From Paraspadella gotoi (lineage: Eukaryota; Animalia; Chaetognatha): DNA of 64,000 bases. The stretch is taken from NCBI GenBank assembly GCA_051294375.1, contig JBJCIZ010001674.1, forward strand, positions 1 to 64,000, given 5' to 3'. A program made the position numbers and the translations under genes. Positions 23,390 to 35,174 of this stretch are shown piece by piece (within the stretch, counting starts at the first letter, position 1; each line of letters begins with the position of its first letter). Below the pieces are notes generated by a model. It saw only the letters and a program-made list of their open reading frames with translations. It made no database searches and had not been told where the DNA came from.

Positions 23390-26242
23390 CCCCTCGCTAT
23401 CTCAGGCATGCCAACATGCATACGTGGGATACCCGAGCATGTCTAGAAATAATCATCAATATATCCGGGCGCAGGTGGGTGATGGAAAGTAGAGAAGGAA
23501 AAATTTTTAACGCTGAGTATGCAAAAAAATGCGCCAGGACTTACTTGCTAAACTTAAAATAAACTTTGCGATTCCATAAATCAGACCGTCTTCCTCAAAA
23601 AAAGCCGACCAAAACGGAGAGACGAGCAACGGCGGCAGACGACAACTGACCGGCGCTAGCTCTCTTCCACACGCGGTTGTACTTCAAGTCATGATGTTTG
23701 AAGCGAAACAGTGAGTACAAGACATCGAATATGATCAAAATTGTACGAGATGGTAAATACAATAGCCGTAATAATCAAATTCTTCTGTCTGACTCAAAAC
23801 AGGCTTCGAAGTTCGATTCGTACCGATCGGGTCACGCGTACAGCCGAAGATACCGCTCATCAGCCCGCTCATCGCGAAGCGCCGTGGTTACGCGTTACCG
23901 AAGCGTACCAAACCTGACTGCGAAATAAAAACGGGTAAATCCTGACTCGAACGGCGTGTTTCAGTACACCCCGTTTAAACAACCATGATTAATACAAACG
24001 AAAACGCTAAAAAACTGGACTTCTTTCTGATTCTAAAAACACTTGCCCCCGCTAACTGAAAAAATGGGACACATGAAAGGATCCTAGAAATATAAATTGA
24101 CACAAGGCAGGGGGAATGAGGACATTGGGAGCTAAATATCATCTAACGACTAACTGACAAAAAAAAAAAATTAGAATTTTCGGTTTACTAGCTTCCGGGC
24201 ATATTACTAACCAAATAACCTAAATATAAGCAAAACAATATGGCCTTTATCGAAACTAAAGTCGGTTATAACTGACCCCTGGTGGCCGACTTTAAACCGA
24301 TATTTTTTCACTTAGGTCGAGACGCGAAGACCGGTTGTAACTGACCCCGGGTGGCCGATCTTTCTGAGCCCGACATATGTTACACCCGCGACTTCCGAAA
24401 GTAGCCAATAAAGGAATGAAGCGTGAATAATAATGGAAGCCCGAAATTATAAGGATAATACGGCACCGCCGACCAATTCGAATTCTAAAGAACCGAAAAG
24501 GTAAAAAGAAAAAATAAAGGTTGTCGATCTTGGGTAAGCGCATATACACCCGCTTACCGAAATGCAACTTTCCGCCCCCGCAGGATACGAATATATGGAT
24601 CTCGAAGTTTAATTTCGACGGCTAAGAACGAAATCATACCCTTCGACCTTCAATCGAACTTGGCGAGGCAAAAAGGTTGCCTTTCATGGTCACGAACAAC
24701 CTGAGGCGAATAACACAATCTCAAATATTCAAATTTTCCTTACCGCAGGTGGCCGCATCAGAGAAACGTCAAGCATATCTTCAGGTCATGTCACAAGCAT
24801 TCTTCATAGCGTCCCTCTACGATTCTCCATGAGGACCCCGTATAGGAGACCAATCTGAAGATCTGTGTATATTCGACTCCTTACCAAAAATATTAGAGAC
24901 GCACAACCGTACTACGCACAAAAACCTTAGGACTACTCCTACGGGAAAAATAGTAAATTGAAACCATCGAATTGTACTAATATCTTCGCCGTCGAATCTT
25001 TGTAAAAATCTCTTCTTCTTGAAATGATACTATTCTTGAATAAAGCTGTGAAATACACTGAAAAACAAAAATATTAACATTCCTTATACTACCTTATGTC
25101 GTAGTAGGTTAGGCAAAATAAAAATATTAGACTAGACCTAAAAAACGAAATCAATACCTAAACAAAAACCCGAAAATACCGAAACCTAATAATCTTCCCT
25201 AAAAACGTAACCATTCTAAAATGCGCTGAGGAAGTTATTTTATTGGTTTACCTTACTTTAAGCATCCGGAATGCCGAACAACGAGATCAAGTATTTCGGG
25301 CAAGGCAAAGCAGTATGACTACGGATGGGCGAGACCCCTCAAACCCTGCCAAAAAGTAAGCAAAGCAATAATATGATAAACCTTCTCGTCGCTGGCTCCC
25401 TACCCAGCTCCCCTGCTAACTTATTTTAAGGGAGTAAAACACAAAAAAGTGGGGCGTACAATATACCAAACGAATACGAAACGAATACTTGCCATCAGAG
25501 AACGCGTCGTAAACGTTCGGATAGGTAGTACTTAAAGGGTTTTCGTAAAGGTTGTTCGACGCCCAAGAAGGAGGCGAAGTCAAACAAACAACTTTCGTTA
25601 CCGATTAAGAAAAATATTCCGAGGGGTTTCCGGCGACTTTTCCCAACCAACTCTGTGCGGAATCGGCTATACGTAAGGAAGAATCGCCCGCCATAGCCGG
25701 CGCGCAGGGAGACAGTCTTGAACAGAGGAGAGGTCACTCCGAAAGCCTAAATATTTGTGATATTTTAGCGTCACTCGCGAGACTCCGTCCGTCTAGAGAC
25801 ATTCGAAAGTCGAAAGCAAAAAATTTTATAAAAGCTGAAAAACGTAGGGGGCAAATTATGAATAATATAAACGATCAAAGAGAGATAATCTATATTATTC
25901 TACCTACTCTAAATTGTCGCCATCTCTCTTGAGCTATCCAAAAAATACCCAAAAGCTAAATAAATACAANNNNNNNNNNNNNNNNNNNNNNNNNTACTGC
26001 GAAAATTAAAAAATATAAAATTAATTTTTTTTACAAATTAATGTTCACTGATGGTATGTTGTTCATAATTAACTTTTAGAATTTTCGTATGTAACTATGC
26101 CTTAATATACAGTCCTGTGCAAAAAAAGCATACTATGGTGGACTAAAACCCACTAACCGTTCATCAGCGGCCATTTGAGTGCCAGGAGCAAGTCATTCGC
26201 CTCCTCAACCAAAGGTCCGGGTTCTAGCCCGGTGGTCGTCTG

Positions 26243-26320
26243 GGCAGTTTTAAAAGAGGGACGGGCGCTTAACCCGCCTGTAACATGTGTTACAGCCTGA
26301 TCCGAAGCTCAGGGATTGCT
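26243..26320 (+). ncRNA. Twister ribozyme, type P5 (diverged copy)
   Basis: GGCAGTT..GAGG-GA-CGGG-CGCT-TAA-CCC-GC-CTGTAACA-tg-TGTTACAG-CCTGA-TCCGAAGC-TCAGG-GATTGCT; P5 substitutions keep pairing through G-U. Confidence 0.8.
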
Positions 26321-26323
26321 TTT

Positions 26324-28775
26324 TAGGCCGGATCGAGTTCAGAGTTAGACCTTGCCTGTCTGTGATTCCAGTACTTTTCATGTACTTAAATATGTATATG
26401 AAGTTATTTTTTTTTAAATATAAAGCGGATTATTGAATATTTACGTTTTAAAATTTAACCGCACTATAATATGCAAATGAGATTAAAGGACAAATGATTT
26501 CTCAATATAATGCGAAATATTGGCAAATAAATTAAAATCTGCACTGTCTTATCTCAACAGTAGTATTTATTTGTACATAAAGTTATAATTTTTTGGAAAG
26601 GTTATGAATAAACAAATATTATAATGATAATAATTAATAAGATTAGTATCAAAAATTATTAATGGATTTAAAGTAATATCCTTCACGTCATTCAGAAAAA
26701 ATTAGTGTTATTAAAATTTTAGCACAGATCTGGGAAGATTCAAATATAAAACTAAGAAAATGATAAAAGAAAATAGTTATGGTTTTTACTAAAAAAATTG
26801 TATTGTACAAAGATATGCCTCGTAAAAACTATGCAACCCGTCTCGCCGTTCGCATGTTCGCCGTTCTCTTTCTTTAAAAAATCTCGCCAATCGACCTTTA
26901 AAAAAATGAATTTCGATTTGGGAGTGATTTCGCTTAGTCAAATAGCGCCGCTCATTGACGCCGAAAATCTCCGAGGAGAAGAAGGGTTGCTTCACGACGC
27001 TGCTTATTACATCAATGTCGCCGTCTTCTTTGTCTCCTTCATCTCCATCGCCGTCTCCACCTCATTAATTTCGCAATTTATTCATTCTCTACGGCAATAA
27101 ACTTATTCTCGATTTATTCATTTATTCGATATTTACGTCATTCAAGATTTAGTTCAACCTACGGCTGACGAATCAAACGTGCGACCCTCCAGGTATAGAA
27201 AATAAGAAACAATTTCACGATTATTACAAGAAAACTTTTATAACTATTGAGTCAACATTCAGATAAGTGTTTATCTTTATGTAAAATATATTGCCTCGTA
27301 AACCTTTCCCAGATATCCAACAGAACCAGATAAAAATTACTACTCACTGATGCATTTGCATTAAGAGTTCGATCAATAAAAAGTATTTAACCTTTTATGG
27401 ACTTCAGAACAAGGAGGAGATGGCAAAGTTACTCCTCAATTTTGAGGAAGGAAAAAAAAAACTGGATTCTTAAAATATTAAATGGGAAATCAGTAATGTA
27501 ATCCGTAATATAATTTCTTTCCATTTTTTTTATCTAGAATATACAATTTTCTCCTTCTATCACTTGTGACCCGATAGGTACAAATTTTTCTCTTTATGTC
27601 AATTTTTGCTGAGGTTCAATCAATGTTTTACCAAGAAACGGTTCTGTTTTCATTCGTTTTTATGACCGAATCACGATCGTCCGTCTGAAACTTATTTCTA
27701 CGAGTTTCTAAACCATGTTTTTTATTGTTTTCTCTCATTAAACATACGTTTTGAAACTCTTGTCAACTCATTTTTGGACGGGGGACGCTTGAACGTTAGT
27801 TTCCGCGTACGAGAAGATAGAATTCTTCTTTAGAGATAGAGAGAGAGAGAGAAAGAAAAAGAAAGAGAGTGAGAAAGAGAAAGAGAGGGAGAGTGAAAGA
27901 GTGAGTGACAAATATTATGCCTCGCCTCGGTTATTTTTTGTCGCTTTCTTTTCTTTGCTACGTTTACCGTTCTTTTAGTCTCTCGGTTGTTTAATGCCCT
28001 TTTTATTTCATATTTTGCCATTACGAACTATCTGATTTTGGCTCTCCGATTGGTCCGTGCTTATGACTGTACCTTACCCAAAGATATAAAAGAGACGTGC
28101 TTACCAAAAACTAGGAGGAAGGGTTACTAATGATTCGTGACAGTCGGTAAGCATTTAAAATGTTATTTTTATAATTTTATGATTAAGTTTTAAGTTGACT
28201 ATTTTTAATAATGTTTTCTCTTGTTATATTTAGAAATAGTTTCCCTTCTTGCTTCGTCTCACACTCATGTAATGTTTATTACAATACAAATTATAAAATT
28301 TATACTTTTAGTTAGTTTTAATAAATGAAAAGCAAGTCAGAATATACTAACTCGCTCATGGCGTTACGGTAAAATCCTCAACACAAATATAAAATTTACT
28401 CAACGTTCTTCTCTACTCTTTATTCATCAATTTCCTCGTCATTCAGCATATATTCATAAAGAGCCTATGATACACTTACAAGGGACGGACGACGCCTCGA
28501 ATGCTTACCTGAGAAACAACTTTTTATAAAGTAAAAAGAATAACAAAACTAAAATTCGATGGTCATGTGACCAATTTCCACCAATCACAGATTGCAATTG
28601 AGGATTTTATTAAAAATTGTAAAATCTGCAGTGGATCCTGAATATTTTTNNNNNNNNNNNNNNNNNNNNNNNNNTGGCAAATTATTATTGTGAAACCAAA
28701 TAAAACTATATTAGGTAAAGGAATCACGACAGGCAACATATTTGGAAAAATTATATGTGCATATGATCCGCCCTA
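26324..28775. mobile_element. hAT-like non-autonomous DNA transposon (spans an assembly gap)
   Basis: 11-bp TIRs TAGGCCGGATC / GATCCGCCCTA (one mismatch); 8-bp TSD TTGCTTTT / TTGCTTAT. Confidence 0.75.
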
Positions 28776-28884
28776 TTGCTTATATTGAACGGTTCTATCA
28801 CTAACTCATAACAATAATTACTGTCTCTTCAATACTCTTCAAAGTTAAGTGACACTCGTTTTACACACATATTACAAAAAGTAA

Positions 28885-29657
28885 TGATTGATGAATTGAA
28901 CTAAGTTCGGAGAAGTGGCTGTCCTTGAATTCTAACTGACTAGGCTAATTCTGCGCATTGAATACGAAATGAATTCGGGTATAAATGGCGCAGAAGAGAC
29001 GATGGCGCCGGTCAAGACGCCCTGGAGATGACGACGACAAAGTCTCGGTAGATAACGTCGGCTAAGGCCGAAAGGACGACGATCTACAAAGCCCAGGACT
29101 TGACGAAATGTCAATGACGTGTCTGATGCTTGAGAGTTGTAGAGTCTGTAGTAGTAGTTGAAGTTAGAAGTCCTGGGCAAGGAATAACAAAACATTTAGT
29201 ACAAACTCAGCAAATATATATAAGTTTAAAGTGTCTTTCTTACTTGTTTCTGAAGCCAATAATAAAATAGAGATGTTTCTCTCATAGAAAAGTCCACCAA
29301 ACCAGCGATCACACAAAAAATAAGTTTCCGAGATATCTAATAAAAGAGTTTCTAAATGCTCTGAAAAGAACTAAAAACCCAGTGACAACTTTGAGATCTG
29401 AAGATACCACGTGGCCAGAATTTCGATCAGAATCAAATCGAAATCTATCGAAATCACGGGCACCAATCAGAATCAGCTGTACACTGCCTTCGGAAATCTG
29501 TACTTTAGTATAAACAAAAGAGAGATCCTAAAGATGTCGTTGCGATCGCTAGAACGGAGGCATTTTCGATGTCAGTAATAAAGAACAAAAGAGCATGGGG
29601 AGAAAAGGTAGAGAAGCTGGATTTCCTCGTAATATAAAAGATAGTTATTTCGTAACA
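28885..29657 (-). mobile_element. LTR-like repeat, paralogue of 22745-23389, containing a 71-nt GT-AG intron (29173-29243)
   Basis: Starts TGTTACGAA on minus; collinear similarity blocks with the 22.7-23.4 kb copy. Confidence 0.55.
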
Positions 29658-29727
29658 ATTGATAAATGTAGATTTTAAAATGAGAAATCCATATGTGTGA
29701 GTTATAAGAAAATTGGTGAGACATTGT

Positions 29728-29969
29728 GTTCTATGGGCAACCTCCCTTTCGTTCGACACCGCTTCAGTGCCCCTTCGTTTGTTCTATTTTCGTTTTCGAC
29801 ACTCTCTTCGTGGAGTGCCACCTTTATTTTTCGGCGCTCTTTTCGTGGAGCCCAAATCTTTGTGCTGTAAAACGTCACTAACCTTCAAACCGCCAAATTC
29901 GTCGTCCCCAAGAACGCCTCTTTCACCAAATGTTTTTAATGTTAATTTGGTCCCGGGCGCTGAGCCTCG
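29728..29969 (-). mobile_element. Fragment of a second copy of the BEL element (LTR end, PBS, 5' UTR), ending at a gap
   Basis: Near-identical to about 19722-19969. Confidence 0.9.
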
Positions 29970-30186
29970 NNNNNNNNNNNNNNNNNNNNNNNNNNNNNNN
30001 NNNNNNNNNNNNNNNNNNNNNNNNNNNNNNNNNNNNNNNNNNNNNNNNNNNNNNNNNNNNNNNNNNNNNATAATATTATATTATTAATAAAATTTATTAA
30101 AAATAAAAGTTGTTGTTGTTATTCGTCGGCCATGTTGGCAGAAATGACAAGGAGGGAAAGCGTTGATGAGACAAGAAAAAAAAAAA

Positions 30187-30223
<37 letters not shown>

Positions 30224-30841
30224 AAGTGATGAGCGCCACTGAGAGGGACAGAGTTAATGAGATAGAAAACTGGCCCTCGAGGACTTTTTTTTAATTTTAT
30301 TTATAATTGGTTTCCTATTCAGCGAGTCTCGGCTGGTGTCGCAACTGTATTTATTTCCGAGCGAGTCGCTCGCGTTTGAGTTGTGCTTAACTCAAGTGGG
30401 CGGAACTGTAAATGAAGCGGGAGTGATTTAAGTAGTACTCGTAGGGGAAAAAAAAGAACAACGGAAAGTTTCGTTGTTTAAAAAGAACAGTATTTTCGTA
30501 TTGCTATTATTAGATTAGTTTTTTGATTAATAAAGGTTTTTCCGAGCTTGTAATAAAAATGCCACGTCGCCTGTTGTTTCTTTTTTTTCTTTTTCATTGT
30601 ACATACAATGTACAAAGTCATTAAAGTCTGAAATTTATCATATATCATAGATTATTAGCTACAGAGAGTTCGTGATTTAAAAAAAAAATCTAGTTCGTGG
30701 GAGTTCGACTTTACTTGATCATTGAGAATTATGATATTTAATAAGTGGGATATTTTTTATGGATTATTGAATGAATCATGAAGCCTCCATTGGGACGAAC
30801 GGGAAACGTCGTGTGTCATAAACGGAATATAAAGACGACGC

Positions 30842-30874
<33 letters not shown>

Positions 30875-31289
30875 AGAAATCGAACGATTCAAGGATCAAC
30901 GTCCGACGAACGGATGAAACTCGTGTATAAATAACTCGGCCATTTCCTCCCTCCTCCATAAAACTGCGAGTGAACCCGTCTCCTTGCCGACCCCCATGTC
31001 TTCCCCATGCCTTTTTTGCCATGCCTCCTCCAACCCCCCCTCGTAAGCTTTAATCCGGCGGATGCATGGATTATGGGACTCGCGATAAGAAAGGAACGAT
31101 ATTGAAGGCCGAATGGAGATGGGAGGGGGGGGACCTAGGGGGGACGTGAGATGGGGAGGAAAATGGAGATTGAGACGTGAGAGACGATGAAAGGACTGAG
31201 AAGGAGATGGGTCGGGTCCTTGGGAACAGATGGCGAGTGGGAAAATGTGAGAATAGAGTAGCAAGGAAACGGATACAAAAAGTTGAGGA

Positions 31290-32100
31290 GAATGTGGTTA
31301 GGAAAGGGAGAGTGGAGGACGGAATGTGNNNNNNNNNNNNNNNNNNNNNNNNNNNNNNNNNNNNNNNNNNNNNNNNNNNNNNNNNNNNNNNNNNNNNNNN
31401 NNNNNNNNNNNNNNNNNNNNNNNNNNNNNNNNNNNNNNNNNNNNNNNNNNNNNNNNNNNNNNNNNNNNNNNNNNNNNNNNNNNNNNNNNNNNNNNNNNNN
31501 NNNNNNNNNNNNNNNNNNNNNNNNNNNNNNNNNNNNNNNNNNNNNNNNNNNNNNNNNNNNNNNNNNNNNNNNNNNNNNNNNNNNNNNNNNNNNNNNNNNN
31601 NNNNNNNNNNNNNNNNNNNNNNNNNNNNNNNNNNNNNNNNNNNNNNNNNNNNNNNNNNNNNNNNNNNNNNNNNNNNNNNNNNNNNNNNNNNNNNNNNNNN
31701 NNNNNNNNNNNNNNNNNNNNNNNNNNNNNNNNNNNNNNNNNNNNNNNNNNNNNNNNNNNNNNNNNNNNNNNNNNNNNNNNNNNNNNNNNNNNNNNNNNNN
31801 NNNNNNNNNNNNNNNNNNNNNNNNNNNNNNNNNNNNNNNNNNNNNNNNNNNNNNNNNNNNNNNNNNNNNNNNNNNNNNNNNNNNNNNNNNNNNNNNNNNN
31901 NNNNNNNNNNNNNNNNNNNNNNNNNNNNNNNNNNNNNNNNNNNNNNNNNNNNNNNNNNNCCCCAAAGAGAGGATGTGGAGGTTACGGAATGTGGTTAGGA
32001 AAGGGAAGAGTGGAAGGACGGAATTTGTTAGGGGAAAGGAGAGTGGAGGGAGAGTGGAGGACGGAATTTGGTTAGGAAAGGGAGAGTAGAGGACGGAATT
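31290..32100. repeat. About 32-bp purine-rich minisatellite (GGTTAGGAAAGGGAGAGTGGAGGACGGAATGT) spanning an N gap
   Basis: Units are visible on both sides of the gap. Confidence 0.75.
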
Positions 32101-33059
32101 TTTAGAGATAAATAATTCGACACCTAGGTAAAAAAATGAAATGTGAATTTATTTTAACGTAACATCGAAGGGAAAATGCGTGCGAGAATAAAATAACAAT
32201 GCCTTTTGTATGAACTACTTTGTTTACCAAAGTAGGAATGTGAAAGGGAAATATTATTGACATTTTTGTAATTTACAGAATTCTTTCTCACAAACTTCAC
32301 TCAGCCATGCTACTAAAATTTCAAAAAACAAAATAATATTTCACAGAATGTGAAGCGCTTCTTAACGCGCGACTTAGATAATCCGAGATTATCGCAAATA
32401 AAACAAATCTAAGTTTTATCTCTATTCTTCTAGAGTGCCCTAATTTGTGCCCTAATTAATTATTGAATTCAAATCCGTGTTCAACTGCTCTCAAATAAAA
32501 ATCTTTGGAAACAAAACAGTTCTAACATGTAAAACACCTTAACTATAACCTTATATTCTTAGAACCATGTAATAAAGCAGAAATAGTAACAACATTTTGA
32601 GATAATACAATTTCCAATCTCAGGTACAAATATTCATGGTAGTAGTAGGACAAGTTGGCAAGTAGGCAAGTTCAAGGAAGGAGTTCAAGAAGGAGATGGT
32701 TAAAACTACAAAAAATAGACAATGCTAAATTAGTATTAAATAAACCTTAAACTTAAAAGTAACATATATAACCTAAATACAATTCAATATAAATCCAATG
32801 TAAACTAACCTTCAATTTGGGTTCCAGAATAGAGAATAAAACATTGGCAGCTTTATAGTACAAAACATTATTTAAAGTATTTTCCTTTTCATTTTACACA
32901 CGTGTTTTGAATTGAGAGTAAAAGTCTTGTGAAAGATTAAACTGAAACACACTCGTTAGTTAGCTCTCGTAACAGCTGATCGCGGGGAAGAGTTAATTCA
33001 GATATTCAACGGAAACGCATCACGCATAAAACGGGGTAAAACCGAAAAAGAATAGTACT

Positions 33060-33357
33060 TTCCACAACAAGCAAAATTCATTGAAGAGACACAACAGACT
33101 TCTCCCTACGGGAGGGGGGGATGTATGGTGGACTAAAATCCACCAAGCATTCATCAGCGCCATTGGTGCCCGGAGCAAATCATTGCGCCTACCATCCCAA
33201 AGGTCCGGGGTTCTAGCCCGGTGGTCGCCTAGCAGTTAAGAGGGACGAGCGGGCGTTAACCCGCCTGTAACATGGTGTTACAGCCATGATCCGAAGCTAG
33301 GAACTGCTTATATTGAACGTTCTGTCATTAACACATCAAATAATTACTGTCTCTTCA
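33060..33357 (+). mobile_element. 3' half of the twister-LTR element: internal end, PPT (33110-33123) and 3' LTR (33124-33357) with an error-laden twister at 33231-33308
   Basis: GGGAGGGGGGGATG|TATGGTGGAC...CTCTTCA|TGAC. Confidence 0.85.
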
Positions 33358-33374
33358 TGACTTTTGTTTCTAAA

Positions 33375-33820
33375 AGTGGGGAATCCCGTGTGGGAGGAAA
33401 TCAGTGTGGGAGGAATTCCGCATGGGAGGAATCCCATGTGGGAGGAATCCATGTGGGAGGGAAATCAGTGTGGGAGGAATCCCGTGAAGGGAGAATTCCC
33501 GGGTGGAGGAATCCCGTGTGGGAGAAATCCGTGTGGAAGGAATCTCACGTGGGAGGAATCCCGAGTGGGAGGAATCCCCGCGTGGGAAGAATCCCATCTG
33601 GGAGGAATCCCGTGTGGGAGGAAACACGCTTGGGAGGAATCCCACGTGGGAGAGATTCTTATGGGGGGAGGATTTCCATGGGGAGGAATCCCGTGTGGGA
33701 AGGATTCTTGGGGAGGAATTCCGTGTGGAAGGAATCCCATGGGGAGGAATCGCCAGCGTCGGGAGGAATCCCGTGTGGGAGGAATCCAGTTGGAGGAATT
33801 CTCGTGTGGGAGGAATACCA
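33375..33820. repeat. 16-bp tandem minisatellite (GTGGGAGGAATCCCGT)n; second copy at 44415-44860
   Basis: About 27 degenerate units; explains the overlapping spurious ORFs. Confidence 0.95.
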
Positions 33821-35174
33821 CAGCCCACGTGCATTATATAACCTTAAAAAGAGCATTGACTTACCATAAAAAGAAAGAGTATGGCAAGCATATTTTTTGT
33901 TAGATCGAAAAATTGTTAGCTTTTGAAATTTTTTAAGAGTGTGTGAACTATAAATTGAAACTGCTTCTTTCATATATTCGCGATTTCATTGTCCAACTAC
34001 AATTAATTGCCTATTCCTTGTGAAATTTTATAGTGTCATATTGGTTTGAATATTTTAATTTTTTTAAACCCTGAGTAATTTATAGTTATCATTCCGGAGA
34101 AGCGATGCCTTTTTATTCGCGTATAATTGTTTAGTTTCGTTTAGATCGATAGAATCATTTGCAAATCACGCATAAAACGGGGTAAATCTTTTCGCATCGA
34201 GTAAAACAAAAGATTTCGAAATCTTCTTAACCGTTTTTTTAAATTTCAGAGTTTTTTTTTCAGGATTTCTTTTTTCTATATTTTTTTCCTGTAATTTTTT
34301 TTTAAAAAGAATTAATTACTAATTACTAAGGCTTTTATTAAATAATCTATTACAAAATATCGAGAATGGTTTATTTCTTTAAACCTTTCATTCAAAATTC
34401 AAGTCATTGCTATGGTAAGAAAGAAAGAATAAGAGGAGGATGAAGCAGATGAGTAGGGTGAAAATCAGAGAGAGAGAGTAGAGAATAAGAAGAAGAGAGG
34501 TCGCGTGTTGATGCTGCCACAAGAGTTAGCAATCTTTGCAGGTATAGTTGGCGCGGTCAAACCAGAGTCATCAGAATATTTCGGAGAATCTAAAAATATT
34601 ATGGTAAAAAGACAGATTAAATCAAAAAAGAAAGTAAAATCAGTTAAATTCTGTCAAGATTCTTTCAAGAAGACTGTTCTCATTTTCGTGCGGGTCCATA
34701 CGCGTGAGACATATCCATGAATTTCAGTAACGAGTGAAAGGTCTTTTCATCCTCTTGAATTCGCCGTATGCGAACAAAAATTTGTTCAGGGAAAATTAAA
34801 TAAAACGAAGAAAAGAATAACTTAATTCGCGGAATTCCAACTCGGTAAACGATAAAAATATTCTTTTTCGGTTTTACCCCGGCGTTTTGATGCGTGATGC
34901 GTTATCCGTTGAATATCTGAATTAACTCTTTCCGCCGGCGAATCAGTGTCTACGAGAGCTAAACTAACGAGTGTGGTTTCAGTTTAAATCTTCAGCAAGA
35001 CTTTTACTCTCAAATTCAAAACAGCGTGTTAAAAATGAAAAGGAAACTACTTTAAATTATGTTTTGTACTATAAANNNNNNNNNNNNNNNNNNNNNNNNN
35101 TCTTAATATTAAATTTAAAGTAAATCATAAAAATTAACCGATCTTAATGTTAACCGTTAAAATATTAGTTCAAC

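Larger units (their letters stand above)
26134..28831 (+). mobile_element. Solo LTR of the twister-bearing element (26134-26323 plus 28784-28831), split by a hAT-like insertion; TSD ATAC
   Basis: ATAC|TATGGTGGAC...GATTGCTT, and TTGCTTATATTGAACGG...CTGTCTCTTCA|ATAC. Both halves match the 46083-46314 LTR. Confidence 0.85.

Noticed and set aside
31135-32089. ORFs of 250-276 aa
   Set aside because: They consist mostly of N-gap translation.
33357-33973. Several overlapping 100-190-aa ORFs (also 44339-44981) and a possible CRISPR-like array
   Set aside because: They arise from a stop-poor 16-bp tandem repeat; there are no unique spacers or cas genes and the context is eukaryotic.
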